NCBI GenBank assembly: GCA_003485325.1
Contig: DMZI01000037.1
Coordinates: 16,018 to 80,017, forward strand
Reading direction: 5' to 3'
Length of the DNA stretch: 64,000 bases
DNA from: Desulfotomaculum sp.
GTDB lineage: Bacteria > Bacillota > Desulfotomaculia > Desulfotomaculales > Nap2-2B
Each line of letters begins with the position of its first letter. The first letter of the stretch is position 1. The notes beneath the pieces were generated by a model, which saw only the letters and a list, made by a program, of their open reading frames with translations, had not been told where the DNA came from and ran no database searches. The translations under genes and the position numbers were made by a program. This document shows positions 31,520 to 41,846 of the stretch, piece by piece.

Positions 31520-31691
31520 TTAATTTTCACCTCCTTATTTTCAGCTTAAGTTTATTATGAGCATTAATAAATTGCTTTAAACTAGAACATTTTACCCAGT
31601 TAATAGCTTGAAAATAAGGATTTAAAAACTATTAGAGTTAAATTTTATTTCGCTTTAAATTGTAACGAAATTATAAAATATTGTTCAAAAA

Positions 31692-33788
31692 TCAACCCCC
31701 TCCCCAATTTAGCATTGACCTTGCCTGTAATTCTTCCCTCAATAACATATTATCGCGGCAGGTAAGCTCCGGATCGGTTTCCAGCAATTTAAAAGCCTCC
31801 CTCCTGACCTGCAAGATTAGCCGCTGATCACGGATCAGGTCGGCTGCTTTAAATCCCGGCAAACCGGACTGGCGGAATCCCGTCAATTCGCCCGGCCCCC
31901 TTAAAGACAGGTCTGCCTCGGCCAGGGAAAAACCGTCTGCGATCCTGGTAAGGGTTTTTAAACGTTCCCGCGCATCCTCAGATTGCGAGTCCGAGGCAAG
32001 AATGCAGTATGATTCCTGACTGCCCCGCCCCACACGCCCGCGCAGCTGATGCAGCTGGGCGAGGCCAAACCGCTCCGCTCCCAGAATCACCATAACGCTG
32101 GCGTTCGGCACATCTACACCCACCTCGATTACGGTAGTTGAGATCAAGACATCCACATCACCGCTGTAAAAAGACTTCATAACCCTTTCTTTCTCATTGG
32201 TTTTTAATCTTCCGTGTAAAAGGGCAACTCTGCAATCCCGAAAGAAAATTCCCGAAGAGAGCTCTTTTTCAAGTTCAACCGCCGCCTGCACATCAAATCT
32301 CTCAGATTCCTCTATAAGAGGGCAAATTATATATGCCTGCCGGCCCAGATCCACCTGCCTGCGGATAAAACGGTAAACTGATCCCATGTCTGTTGACAGG
32401 TATGTCTTGACCGGTTTGCGGCCAGGGGGAAGTTCCCGGATCGTGCTGATTTCAAGATCACCGTAAAAAGTCAGGGCTAAAGTGCGCGGTATCGGTGTAG
32501 CAGTCATGATCAGGACATCAGGATAATGCCCCTTGGACTGCAAAAGAGCTCTCTGCCGCACACCGAAACGGTGCTGTTCATCAATCACGACCGCCGCAAG
32601 GTTCTTGAATTCCACATCGTCCTGGATAAGAGCATGGGTTCCTACTATAATCGATATTTGGCCGCCGCGCAGCCTTTCAAGAAACAATAAACGTTCTTTC
32701 TTCCTGAGACCGCCTGAAATGAACCCTATTTCGATCCCCGAATCTTTCAGGAGGCGCCGCAGGCTGAGGTAGTGCTGCTCTGCAAGAATCTCGGTCGGCG
32801 CCATCAGCGCTCCCTGCAGACCGCTGCCGACCGCCTTCAGCAGAAACAGCAGGCTGACAACAGTTTTACCTGATCCAACGTCGCCCTGCAGCAAACGGTA
32901 CATCGGACCGGCCTTGTCCAGATCACGGTTAATTTCCCGCCAGGCGCTGTTTTGGCCTGCCGTCAAAGTAAAAGGGAGTCTTTCGATGAATTCTTCCAGA
33001 ATATCAGGGTGAGGCAAGTAGTGATGGGGTTTGCTTATCCTGGTCAGTTTCAAACGCCGTAAACCAAGGGCAACCTGAAATAAAAAAAAATCTTCCCAGA
33101 TAAAACGTTCTTTTGCTTTTTGAGCTTTTAGGTTACTGGAGGGGAAATGAACTTCCTTCAGGGCTGCCGGCAAAACAGGCAGAGCATACTCTTCAACCAA
33201 ATGCGGCGGTATAAATTCCCTCAACCTGTGCGCCCATTCATCCAACCCTTTTTTAATGATCCTGCGCAGCAGACGCTGGCTGAGCTGTTCAGTAAGCGGA
33301 TAAGCGGGTACGATTCGCCCCTCCTGCAAAAGTTCCTCCCCTTCTTCGATTAACTCAAAATCACTTGCATATACCTGAACCTGTCCGGTTAAACGCTCTA
33401 TTTTACCTGTCAGGACAACTTTTTGCCCGGGTGAAAACTGTTTTTTTAGATAAGGCTGGTTAAACCAAACCCCCATAAAAAAACCACTGCCGTCTTTAAG
33501 CAGCAGTTTGGTAACAACAAGGCCCGGCCGTGGTTTTGTTTCCCTTACTCCCGTTACCGTCCCGATAAGAGTGGCCTTTTCGCCGTGAACAGTTTCAAAG
33601 GCCGTCTTTACCTGGCTCCTGTCCTCGTAATCCCGCGGGAAATAATAAAGCAGATCGTGAACAGTTTCTATTCCCAGCCTTTTTAAGACTGCCGCCCTTT
33701 TCGGGCCAACTGTCTTCAAGTACTGAATATTCTGATCTATGGGGTGATCCCGATGTGTTCTGGAAAACATACTTGCATGACCCTGCAA
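31692..33788 (-). CDS. recG: ATP-dependent DNA helicase RecG
   Basis: Wedge domain plus SF2 helicase motifs (GDVGSGKT, DEQHRFG, HGRLK...). The start is probably the Met at 33770. Confidence 0.95.
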   Translation of the reverse strand: MQGHASMFSRTHRDHPIDQNIQYLKTVGPKRAAVLKRLGIETVHDLLYYFPRDYEDRSQVKTAFETVHGEKATLIGTVTGVRETKPRPGLVVTKLLLKDGSGFFMGVWFNQPYLKKQFSPGQKVVLTGKIERLTGQVQVYASDFELIEEGEELLQEGRIVPAYPLTEQLSQRLLRRIIKKGLDEWAHRLREFIPPHLVEEYALPVLPAALKEVHFPSSNLKAQKAKERFIWEDFFLFQVALGLRRLKLTRISKPHHYLPHPDILEEFIERLPFTLTAGQNSAWREINRDLDKAGPMYRLLQGDVGSGKTVVSLLFLLKAVGSGLQGALMAPTEILAEQHYLSLRRLLKDSGIEIGFISGGLRKKERLLFLERLRGGQISIIVGTHALIQDDVEFKNLAAVVIDEQHRFGVRQRALLQSKGHYPDVLIMTATPIPRTLALTFYGDLEISTIRELPPGRKPVKTYLSTDMGSVYRFIRRQVDLGRQAYIICPLIEESERFDVQAAVELEKELSSGIFFRDCRVALLHGRLKTNEKERVMKSFYSGDVDVLISTTVIEVGVDVPNASVMVILGAERFGLAQLHQLRGRVGRGSQESYCILASDSQSEDARERLKTLTRIADGFSLAEADLSLRGPGELTGFRQSGLPGFKAADLIRDQRLILQVRREAFKLLETDPELTCRDNMLLREELQARSMLNWGGG

Positions 33789-33836
33789 CTTTTGATAGAA
33801 TAATCAACAGTCTATTCTTCAAGGGAGATGTGTTGA

Positions 33837-34028
33837 TTGGCCAGAAAATGTACAATCTGCGGGAAGGGCATAGAAGTCGGCATGAAGGTAAGCCACTCCC
33901 ACATTCGCACAAAGAAAACCTGGGCGGCAAACCTGCAGCGGGTTAAGGCGGTAATTGACGGCGCTCCGAAAAGAATTCTTGTTTGTACGCGCTGTTTAAG
34001 AAGCGGAAAAGTAAAAAGAGCAATCTAA
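33837..34028 (+). CDS. rpmB: 50S ribosomal protein L28
   Basis: MARKCTICGKGIEVGMKVSHSHIRTKKTW... Confidence 0.95.
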   Translation: MARKCTICGKGIEVGMKVSHSHIRTKKTWAANLQRVKAVIDGAPKRILVCTRCLRSGKVKRAI

Positions 34029-34047
34029 AGCTCTAACCGGCAATTTC

Positions 34048-35088
34048 TTAAAACCTCTTTAAACGCGGCGAATGGGTTATTCCCGGAATGCGCCCCCGCT
34101 TGGCAACCGGTTTTCCATCAACTTCTTTCAGATCCATTGTCATATCGATGGGCGGGGCGGATGATATATAGCTTCCTACTCCGAAAGAATCCGCGCCTGC
34201 CCTGTCAAGGACAACTATACGTTCAGGCGTTATACCCCCGCTAACCAGAATTTGGACATGTGAAAAGCCCCCCAGGTCAAGACGCGCCCTTATTTCACGG
34301 ACCAGTGAAGGTGTAACCCCGCCTCTTTCGCCGGGCGTATCCATCCTGACACCACTCAACCTTTCCTTCAGGGCTTCGGCGACCCTCAAGGTTTCCTCGG
34401 CTTCATCCTTGAAAGTATCGACCAGTATGATTACTGGCGCCCCCTCGGGCATAATCCGCCTGTAGATATCCGCAACCTTTACCGTATCGCCCAGGATAAG
34501 AATTACAGCATGAGGCATTGTTCCGGTTGGTTCCCGGCCGGCCAGTTTTGCCCCCAGAATACAGCTTGCTCCGTCCGCGCCGCCGATAATAGCAGCCCTT
34601 TCCATAACGGGCGCAACGGCGGGATGTACGTGGCGGGCGCCAAAGCAAACAACCTTTTTCGCGCCGGCGGCATCCTTGCACTGTCTGGCTGCCGTTGCCC
34701 AACCGCTTGAACTGGCTAAGATGCCCAGTAAGGCAGTTTCAAAGATTCCGAAACTATCATAGAGGCCGCTGATGCGCATAACAATCTCTTTTTCCCGGAA
34801 AGACTCACCCTCCTGAAGGGACCAAAGCTCAACACCCGTATCCTGCAACAGGCTTTTAACTTCGGGAACGCCCGCTAATATACCCGCATGCCGCGCAAAA
34901 ATTTCCGCTGTAACCGGAACCTGATCCAGCCCGGTTTCTTTTAAAATTTCCCTGGCCTTTACAAAGTAGATATCTGTAGTCCAGCCCTCTTTTATTTCCT
35001 GCTCGCTGGCGGAAAAAAGAAGCCTGTCAGGTGATATGGTGAGCTCTCCAATTTCCTTTAAGCTCCGCACCGTTTGGAACCGTCCCAC
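34048..35088 (-). CDS. nicotinate phosphoribosyltransferase-family protein (type II PRTase)
   Basis: 346 aa with GTMPHAVILI, ILVDTF and VRMDTPGERGG. The GTG start lies 3 nt after the ribH stop. Confidence 0.65.
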   Translation of the reverse strand: MGRFQTVRSLKEIGELTISPDRLLFSASEQEIKEGWTTDIYFVKAREILKETGLDQVPVTAEIFARHAGILAGVPEVKSLLQDTGVELWSLQEGESFREKEIVMRISGLYDSFGIFETALLGILASSSGWATAARQCKDAAGAKKVVCFGARHVHPAVAPVMERAAIIGGADGASCILGAKLAGREPTGTMPHAVILILGDTVKVADIYRRIMPEGAPVIILVDTFKDEAEETLRVAEALKERLSGVRMDTPGERGGVTPSLVREIRARLDLGGFSHVQILVSGGITPERIVVLDRAGADSFGVGSYISSAPPIDMTMDLKEVDGKPVAKRGRIPGITHSPRLKRF

Positions 35089-35091
35089 AAA

Positions 35092-35571
35092 CTATTCTTC
35101 CTTTCCGCCGGAAATTGCCTTAAGCAAATTGGCCATCTCGATGGCCATTTCAGCAGCGCTTCCGCCTTTATTCCCCGCTTTGGTTCCCGCACGTTCAATA
35201 GCCTGTTCGATACTGTCGGCAAGGATAACCCCAAACGTAACAGGTACTCCGCTGTCCAGGCTGATCCTGGCCACGCCTCTGGATACCTGGGCCGCCACAT
35301 GTTCGAAATGCGGGGTCGCGCCGCGAATTACAGCGCCGAGGCAAACAACAGCGTCAAAACGCCCAAGGCCGATCATTTGGCGGGCTACCGCAGGTATTTC
35401 AAAGGCGCCCGGAACCCAGGCCACTTCTATGTCATCGTCGGCAACCCCATGGCGCTTCAGCGTATCCAGAGCGCCGCTTAAAAGACGGTTGGTAATGAAC
35501 TCATTGAAACGTCCGACCACCACCCCGAATTTTAAACCCTGGCCTATTAAATTACCTTCGTAAACCTTCAA
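35092..35571 (-). CDS. ribH: 6,7-dimethyl-8-ribityllumazine synthase
   Basis: 159 aa with GRFNEFIT...VPGAFEIP...[14 protein letters not shown]. Confidence 0.95.
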   Translation of the reverse strand: MKVYEGNLIGQGLKFGVVVGRFNEFITNRLLSGALDTLKRHGVADDDIEVAWVPGAFEIPAVARQMIGLGRFDAVVCLGAVIRGATPHFEHVAAQVSRGVARISLDSGVPVTFGVILADSIEQAIERAGTKAGNKGGSAAEMAIEMANLLKAISGGKEE

Positions 35572-35608
35572 TTTTTCCTCCTCCTTTTTTAATCAAAACT
35601 AAAAAATA

Positions 35609-36823
35609 TTAACCGTCTATTTTTAATAAATGTCCTAACTTGTTCTTTTTGGTAGATAAATAAAAACGGTTGTCAACTCCCGGAGAAATTTCAATGGGAA
35701 CTCTTCTGATAACTTTCAGACCGTATCCCTCAAGACCGACGATTTTTCTGGGGTTATTGGTCATCAGGCGTATTTTTTCCAGACCGAGGTCCGCCAGAAT
35801 TTGAGCTCCAATACCATAATCCCTCAAGTCAGGCGGAAAGCCGAGTTCTTCGTTAGCCTCGACTGTATCCCTTCCCTCGTCCTGAAGCTTGTAAGCCCTG
35901 ATTTTATTTAAAAGGCCAATTCCCCGCCCTTCCTGGCGCATGTATAAAAACACGCCGGCGCCTTCCTTTTCGATCATTTCCAGCGCCCTGGTGACCTGAT
36001 CACCGCAGTCGCAGCGCAACGACCCAAAAACATCCCCTGTCAGGCACTCCGAGTGAACCCTGACCAGCGGGGCTTCGACGGCGCTTAGATCGCCTTTTAC
36101 CAGCGCAAGATGCCCCTTTCCGTCAAGGGTACTTTCATAAGCTGCCGCGATGAAATCGCCATACCTGGTGGGAAGCTTCGCCTCATCAACCTTTCTGATG
36201 AGTTTTTCCGTACGCCTCCTGTATTGAATAAGATCAGCCACGGTAATAATCATTAGTCCGTGAAGGCTGCAGAATTTCATCAGGTCATCCACGCGGGCCA
36301 TTTTCCCGTCTTCTCTCATTATTTCGCAAATAACCCCGGCCGGAAAGCACCCTGCCAGCCTGGCCAGGTCCACTGAAGCTTCGGTATGGCCGGCCCGGCG
36401 GAGAACGCCGCCTTCCTTGGCCCTTAAAGGAAAAACATGGCCGGGACGCCTCAAATCTTCTGCTGAAGTCGTCGGGTCCAGTATCGCCTTAACTGTGAAA
36501 GCTCTCTCAAAAGCCGATATGCCTGTAGTAGTTTCCCTGTGGTCGACAGAGACAGTAAAAGCAGTGCCGTGAGGGTCGGTGTTATTGATCACCATAGGCG
36601 GCAAATTCAGCTCGTCCAGCCGCTCGGCCGCTAAAGGCATGCACAGAAGCCCCTTCCCGTATGTAACCATGAAATTAATTGCCTCCGGTGTGGCCTTTTC
36701 AGCGGCCATTACCAGATCCCCCTCGTTTTCCCGGTCCTTGTCGTCAATAACTACAATCATTTTGCCCTGTTGTATTTCCTTGATAGCTTCCTCAATAGTA
36801 TTAAACTTATATTCCATTGCCAT
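35609..36823 (-). CDS. ribBA: bifunctional 3,4-dihydroxy-2-butanone-4-phosphate synthase / GTP cyclohydrolase II
   Basis: 404 aa. The DHBP synthase half carries [16 protein letters not shown]. The GCH-II half carries [19 protein letters not shown]. Confidence 0.95.
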   Translation of the reverse strand: MAMEYKFNTIEEAIKEIQQGKMIVVIDDKDRENEGDLVMAAEKATPEAINFMVTYGKGLLCMPLAAERLDELNLPPMVINNTDPHGTAFTVSVDHRETTTGISAFERAFTVKAILDPTTSAEDLRRPGHVFPLRAKEGGVLRRAGHTEASVDLARLAGCFPAGVICEIMREDGKMARVDDLMKFCSLHGLMIITVADLIQYRRRTEKLIRKVDEAKLPTRYGDFIAAAYESTLDGKGHLALVKGDLSAVEAPLVRVHSECLTGDVFGSLRCDCGDQVTRALEMIEKEGAGVFLYMRQEGRGIGLLNKIRAYKLQDEGRDTVEANEELGFPPDLRDYGIGAQILADLGLEKIRLMTNNPRKIVGLEGYGLKVIRRVPIEISPGVDNRFYLSTKKNKLGHLLKIDG

Positions 36824-36859
36824 TTTCCCTTTCCAGAAGATTTTTAACCGGGCCTTTTT

Positions 36860-37516
36860 CTATAAAAATCCCTTATCAGCCAGGAAAGACAAGGATATTC
36901 CATCCTTTTTCTCCCCGGTACCAGGGCGGCCGTTTAATAAAAATTTTTCTATATACTTTCCGATAAGATCCGCTTCAAGATTTACATTATCCCCCGGGCC
37001 TTTATAACCCAGTGTAGTATTTCTGGCAGTATGAGGAATAATTGAAACCCGGAAACTTCGCTCATTAAAATTTACAACGGTAAGGCTTATGCCGTCAACA
37101 GCAACCGAACCTTTTTTAATTAAATAACGCGTTACCTCAACAGGGGCCGAAATATCAAATACCACAGCCAAATCTTCCATCTTTTTCCCTGAAATCACAC
37201 CTACTCCGTCAATGTGGCCACTGACCAAATGCCCACCCAGGCGGCCGTCCAAACGCATCGCTCGCTCAAGATTCAATACATCTCCGGGGCGCAGTTTGCC
37301 CAAGTTGGAACTGGCCAGGGTTTCAGCCATGACATCTGCTGTAAAGAAACCTTCTCCAAGCCTTGTAATCGTAAGGCATACACCATTGACAGCTATGCTA
37401 TCCCCCTGGCGCGCCTGTCTGATGACCTGCCCGGCTTTAATTTTTAATGCTGCGGATGCCGGGCCCCGCATGATTGTTATAAGTTCACCAAGTTCCTCTA
37501 CCAGACCAGTAAACAG
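36860..37516 (-). CDS. ribE: riboflavin synthase alpha chain
   Basis: The conserved N-terminus FTGLVEELGELITI lies upstream of the first ATG (37471). The only plausible initiator is CTG at 37516-37514, with GGGGTG 7 nt upstream, or ATT at 37522. Confidence 0.85.
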   Translation of the reverse strand: MFTGLVEELGELITIMRGPASAALKIKAGQVIRQARQGDSIAVNGVCLTITRLGEGFFTADVMAETLASSNLGKLRPGDVLNLERAMRLDGRLGGHLVSGHIDGVGVISGKKMEDLAVVFDISAPVEVTRYLIKKGSVAVDGISLTVVNFNERSFRVSIIPHTARNTTLGYKGPGDNVNLEADLIGKYIEKFLLNGRPGTGEKKDGISLSFLADKGFL

Positions 37517-37534
37517 TTCAATACACCCCGATCT

Positions 37535-38647
37535 TTAATCACGAAATTGCTTCAGGTAACCCTCCAGGCAAATATCCTCGCCAAACCTTGTTACAGTTAA
37601 GTTTTCAATCTGCGCGGCATCCGCCATCAGTGTTATTCCCCGGCCCCCCACCGGGCCTGGAGACAGCCGCCCGCCGACTATTTTGGGGGCGATAAACCAG
37701 ATTACTTTATCCACAAGGCCGCTTTCCAAAGCTGAAGCGTTTATTTCTCCTCCTCCTTCAATCATCACGCTGGTAATTTCCCGCCCGGCCAAATCCGCCA
37801 TCAACCGTTTTAAATCCACACGGGGCCCGTCTCCCGGCACGACAAGCACTTCCGCTCCCGTTTCTTTCAGCCGGGCAATCTTCTGTACGCCGGCGCCCCC
37901 AGTTGTTGCAATAATTGTCGGCGCTTCCGCCAACTGCGAAAGCACCTGGGAATTTAACGGCGTGCGGGCCAGGCTGTCGACTACAACCCGTACGGGATTT
38001 TTCCCTTTTTCACCAGGCAGCCGGACCGTAAGAAGCGGGTCATCAGCCAGCACAGTATTTATACCCACAAGAACGGCATCGTACAGATTGCGCAAAACAT
38101 GAACCCAGCTGCGGGCTTCGGGTCCTGTAACCCAACGCGAATCCCCTGTACGGGCAGCAATTTTACCGTCCACGCTCATTGCTGTCTTTAACATTACAAA
38201 AGGCCTGCCCGTGGTGATATACTTGATAAAAATTTCATTTAAAAGTAGGGCTTCTTCCTCCAAAACCCCTGTCGTAACTTCCACATTGCGCTGTTTAAGA
38301 TAAGCAATTCCCTTGCCGCAGACCAGCGGGTTCGGATCACTCATCGCTATGACAACCCTGCTTATTCCAGCCTCAACAACAGCATTTGCGCAGGGGCCGG
38401 TCCGGCCGTAATGACAGCAGGGTTCCAGATTTACGTAAAGTGTGGCGCCTTTTGCTTTTTCACCTGCATTGTCAAGAGCGATAATCTCGGCATGAGGGCT
38501 CCCGGCTTTATGGTGGTAACCTTCCCCGGCCACCTTACCGTCATTGACAACCACCGCCCCAACCATAGGGTTGGGGCTTGTTTTTCCCCTGCCCAGCCTC
38601 GCCAGTTCCAAAGCCCTGCCCATATAAAACCTGTCTTGATCATCCAT
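37535..38647 (-). CDS. ribD: bifunctional riboflavin biosynthesis deaminase/reductase
   Basis: CMP/dCMP deaminase motif HAEIIAL...PCCHYGRTGPC plus a reductase domain. ATG 38647 (MDDQDRFYMGRALELA) matches homologue N-termini. The ORF-track TTG at 38668 sits inside the riboswitch terminator loop. Confidence 0.9.
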   Translation of the reverse strand: MDDQDRFYMGRALELARLGRGKTSPNPMVGAVVVNDGKVAGEGYHHKAGSPHAEIIALDNAGEKAKGATLYVNLEPCCHYGRTGPCANAVVEAGISRVVIAMSDPNPLVCGKGIAYLKQRNVEVTTGVLEEEALLLNEIFIKYITTGRPFVMLKTAMSVDGKIAARTGDSRWVTGPEARSWVHVLRNLYDAVLVGINTVLADDPLLTVRLPGEKGKNPVRVVVDSLARTPLNSQVLSQLAEAPTIIATTGGAGVQKIARLKETGAEVLVVPGDGPRVDLKRLMADLAGREITSVMIEGGGEINASALESGLVDKVIWFIAPKIVGGRLSPGPVGGRGITLMADAAQIENLTVTRFGEDICLEGYLKQFRD

Positions 38648-38680
38648 AAATAATAAAAGCCCCGTCAAAACCTCCGGGGC
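38648..38680 (-). terminator. FMN-riboswitch terminator/sequestor hairpin
   Basis: On the minus strand GCCCCG-GAGGUUUUGA-CGGGGC is followed by UUUUAUUAUUU. The GGAGG lies in the loop. Confidence 0.6.
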
Positions 38681-38732
38681 AAAAGTATAACTTTACTCAT
38701 CCTTATAAAAATTATAAGGAGCTAAAGCCTTA

Positions 38733-38860
38733 AAACCTTCTCCCATCCAGACTGTTACTGTCGGCCCTGGATTTTCACCAGATCAGCCATAAAGGCTAGC
38801 GGGCTCAAAACCTAGTCGCTTCTTACCGCCGATAGGGAATTCCACCCGTCCCCGAAGGTG
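38733..38860 (-). promoter_or_regulatory. FMN riboswitch (RFN element)
   Basis: The minus strand reads CCUUCGGGGACGGGUGGAAUUCCCUAUCGGCGGUAAGAAGC...AGCCCGCUAGCC...GAUCUGGUGAAAAUCCAGGGCCGACAGUAACAGUCUGGAUGGGAGAAGGU. This is a near-consensus RFN element. Confidence 0.92.
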
Positions 38861-38874
38861 TTATTTTTATAAAT

Positions 38875-38904
38875 ATTATAAAGCCAATCTCAAGCGGATG
38901 TCAA
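38875..38904 (-). promoter_or_regulatory. sigma-A promoter of the rib operon
   Basis: On the minus strand: TTGACA (38904-38899), an 18-nt spacer, then TATAAT (38880-38875), just upstream of the RFN element. Confidence 0.6.
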
Positions 38905-38917
38905 CAATTCGACGAAT

Positions 38918-39583
38918 TTAGAGATTCTCACTTGCGCTGTCCGGCGGGGCATTGATTACAAGGCCGTATACTTTGTCCCTTACTTCCGGGGGAGTAATAA
39001 GGATTAAAACGTCTCCGCTATAAATGACAGTATCGGCCTGCGGTGAAAGGATTTCTTCCCCGCCCCGGTATACAGATAGTACCGTTGCTCCGGTTTTTAT
39101 CCTGAACTCCGCCTCGGCCAGTGTTTTACCGACAAGAGCCGAACTGGGCGATACCCTTATTTCTTCTACACGCTGCAGATTGCCGGCCATTTTTAAAGTA
39201 TAATCCAGCAGTTCATTCATCAGTTTTTCGATTTCCTGGTCGATGATTTCTCTTTCTTTAAGCAGACCGTGCAGCTTTTCCTGCATGGCCCGCAGCACTT
39301 TCCTGTGACCGTACTCGGTTAAAAAAGCCTCGGCAGCTTTTTGGGACTGAACGACAACTCCAACCCCGGGAACAACGTCGACAATACCGGTTTCCTGAAG
39401 AAGAGTCAAAGCCCGGCGGATCGTTTCAGGTGATACACTGTACTTTCCTGCCAGGGTAGACCTCCCGAACACCTTCTGGCCCTCCCTGTACTCACCCCTT
39501 ACGATGCGTGTCGCAATATCAACCGCAATAGTCGCATACCTTGCTAAAATCTGGGTATCCTGCCCCTCCAATGCTGTATCCAC
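38918..39583 (-). CDS. GntR-family transcriptional regulator with C-terminal TrkA-C (RCK_C) domain
   Basis: The wHTH is STLAGKYSVSPETIRRALTLLQETGIV. The TrkA-C-like end is VGKTLAEAEFRIKTGATVLSVYRGGEEILSPQADTVIYSGDVLILI. Confidence 0.75.
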   Translation of the reverse strand: MDTALEGQDTQILARYATIAVDIATRIVRGEYREGQKVFGRSTLAGKYSVSPETIRRALTLLQETGIVDVVPGVGVVVQSQKAAEAFLTEYGHRKVLRAMQEKLHGLLKEREIIDQEIEKLMNELLDYTLKMAGNLQRVEEIRVSPSSALVGKTLAEAEFRIKTGATVLSVYRGGEEILSPQADTVIYSGDVLILITPPEVRDKVYGLVINAPPDSASENL

Positions 39584-39702
39584 CCCTTAATATTTTTATG
39601 GCGCCATCATTATATCATTTAAAATCCCTAACAAAAAATAGCTCTTACTTAATACTAAAATAACTCAAATTTCGACATCAAATACAAGAGCTCCCTTGTA
39701 TT

Positions 39703-39741
39703 TAAAAGAACCTGGAAAAACTGTCAAAAGTCTTTCCAGGT
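39703..39741 (-). terminator. intrinsic terminator downstream of the thiolase gene
   Basis: On the minus strand ACCUGGAAA-loop-UUUCCAGGU (9 bp) is followed by UCUUUUAAA. Confidence 0.6.
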
Positions 39742-39770
39742 CCATCTTGTCTTGTTTTTTATTCAGTCAG

Positions 39771-41063
39771 TTACTTTCTTTCAAAAATTATCGCCGCGCC
39801 CTGGCCGCCGCCGATGCACATCGTCGCCAGGCCAAACTTCCGGTTATTGCGCTTCATTTCGTGGATCATAGTAACAACCAGCCTTGCGCCCGCACATCCG
39901 ATTGGATGCCCCAGGGATATGCCGCTGCCGAGCAGGTTGGTGTTGTCAAGGCTTATACCAAGTTCCCGTATGCAGCCGATTGCCTGTGAGGCAAAGGCCT
40001 CATTTAGCTCGATTACATCCATATCTGTAAGAGAAAGGCCGGTCTTGCTGAGAACTTTCTTTACAGCCGGAACAGGACCGAGGCCCATATAAGCAGGATC
40101 AACACCGCCTCCCGCAAAGCCTCTGAATGTGGCCAGCGGCTGCAGTCCCAACTCCCTGGCTTTATCCGCCGACATCATCAGCACAGCGGCGGCGGCGTCA
40201 TTTACACCGGAAGCGTTTCCTGCCGTAACAGTACCGTCCTTACGGAAAGCCGGGCCTATCTTAGCCATTTTCTCCAGGGTGGTTTCCATAGGCCTTTCAT
40301 CTGTATCGAATACAATCGGGTCACCCTTTTTCTGGGGAATAATCACAGGGACTATCTCCTCTTTAAAAAGGCCTTCCTTGATGGCTTTCCGGGCACGCTG
40401 GTGGCTTAAAAGGCCCAGTTCATCCTGCTCCAAGCGGGTAATACCGTACTTTGCGGCAATGTTTTCCGCAGTGTTACCCATATGATAACCGTAGAATATT
40501 TCCCAGACCCCGTCCAAAACCATCATGTCAAGCATTTCTCCCTTGGATGTAACATCCATCCGGTAGCCCCAGCGGGCTTTAGGGAGAATATAGGGGGCGC
40601 AGCTCATGCTCTCCATCCCACCGGCAACAACCACTTCCGCGTCGCCGGTCATGATTGCCTGCGCTCCCAGAGCAATAGCCTTCATCCCTGAAGCGCATAC
40701 CTTGTTGACGGTAAAAGCGTTTGTTTCCTTTGGAATGCCGCCGAAGATCGCCGCCTGCCGGGCAGGGTTCTGTCCCTGGCCTCCCTGGAGAACATTACCC
40801 ATGATAACCTCGTCAACCTGAACTTCAGGCAGGGAGTTATCCCAGTCATAAGCTTTTTTCTCAAGATCGGGCATTCCCATTTCTTTCAAGGCCTCGGGCG
40901 TAAAACTCATCAGTTCCGGACCCGACTTGGGCCTTAATCCCGCCTTCTTCAACGATTCCCTGATTACCAGAGCGCCCAGTTTAACCGCAGGCACGTCCTT
41001 CAAAGTAACGCCAAAAGTACCAATAGGTGTTCTTGCTCCGCTGACAATTACCACTTCTTTCAT
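39771..41063 (-). CDS. acetyl-CoA C-acetyltransferase (thiolase)
   Basis: [11 protein letters not shown] (active-site Cys), [11 protein letters not shown] and [10 protein letters not shown]. It is 430 aa with insertions relative to ~393-aa thiolases. Confidence 0.9.
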   Translation of the reverse strand: MKEVVIVSGARTPIGTFGVTLKDVPAVKLGALVIRESLKKAGLRPKSGPELMSFTPEALKEMGMPDLEKKAYDWDNSLPEVQVDEVIMGNVLQGGQGQNPARQAAIFGGIPKETNAFTVNKVCASGMKAIALGAQAIMTGDAEVVVAGGMESMSCAPYILPKARWGYRMDVTSKGEMLDMMVLDGVWEIFYGYHMGNTAENIAAKYGITRLEQDELGLLSHQRARKAIKEGLFKEEIVPVIIPQKKGDPIVFDTDERPMETTLEKMAKIGPAFRKDGTVTAGNASGVNDAAAAVLMMSADKARELGLQPLATFRGFAGGGVDPAYMGLGPVPAVKKVLSKTGLSLTDMDVIELNEAFASQAIGCIRELGISLDNTNLLGSGISLGHPIGCAGARLVVTMIHEMKRNNRKFGLATMCIGGGQGAAIIFERK

Positions 41064-41245
41064 TATTCGAACCTAACCTCCCTTTATTAGATACAAAGGC
41101 TCCCAGTATCTGATATTTGAATGTAAAAAACTTTACAACAAATTATAGCAAACCAGGCTTTTTAACGCAATAATAAAAGCTCGCCGCAAAAACGCATAGA
41201 CTAGCGCTGGCTGGAGGAAAATATTACTTGTGAAGGAGGTGTGGT

Positions 41246-41788
41246 ATGGCCTGGCCCGGGTGGCTGATTGCCGCTTTTTTAATCTTAGTTTCCATTATCC
41301 TGATGGTTCCCGTTACTTTTTTGATCTGTTTTTCCTGCCGGGGAACTGAGTGTACGCTGGAAATAAAGATCAATGCCCTGCCTATCACTCTATATAAAAA
41401 AGAAAGCGCCTTCCCCCTGGGTAAAAACTGGCCTGATTTTAAGAAAAGCAAAAACTTTTCCGCCCGCAAAATACAAACGTTAAAAGCTTTATTTATCTTT
41501 TTAATACGGCGGGCAAAAATGGAACATGTCAGTTGGGAAACCAGGATCGGCACGCCCGACGCGTATTACACCGCCCTGGCAGCCGGCTGGTTATGGGGAA
41601 TAAAAGGCTTTTTACTGACTGCTTTATATCGTTATATAAAATCGAGAAATTCCCGCCCTCCTCTAATGAGGGTGACGCCGGTTTTTAACCTTGTTGTCTT
41701 TGACACGCGATTTAAAACAGTTTTTCAACTACGCGTTATAGATCTTCTTCTCGCCGGGCCAAAACTCATCTTTGCATTTTTTATTTGA
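41246..41788 (+). CDS. membrane protein, possibly DUF2953 (YtfI-like sporulation protein)
   Basis: 180 aa with an N-terminal TM helix and good SD GAAGGAGG. The family assignment rests on general resemblance only. Confidence 0.3.
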   Translation: MAWPGWLIAAFLILVSIILMVPVTFLICFSCRGTECTLEIKINALPITLYKKESAFPLGKNWPDFKKSKNFSARKIQTLKALFIFLIRRAKMEHVSWETRIGTPDAYYTALAAGWLWGIKGFLLTALYRYIKSRNSRPPLMRVTPVFNLVVFDTRFKTVFQLRVIDLLLAGPKLIFAFFI

Positions 41789-41846
41789 CTTAAAGGCCCA
41801 AGGCAGGAAAAACCTGCCCGGGTGAAGAAAAACAAGATAAAAAACC

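Noticed and set aside
31520-31600. A forespore sigma-G/sigma-F promoter was sought upstream of the SASP gene.
   Set aside because: A -10-like CATAATA is present about 30 nt before the SD. I could not place a convincing -35 (GnATA-type) at the required 17-18-nt spacing, so it is not reported as a feature.
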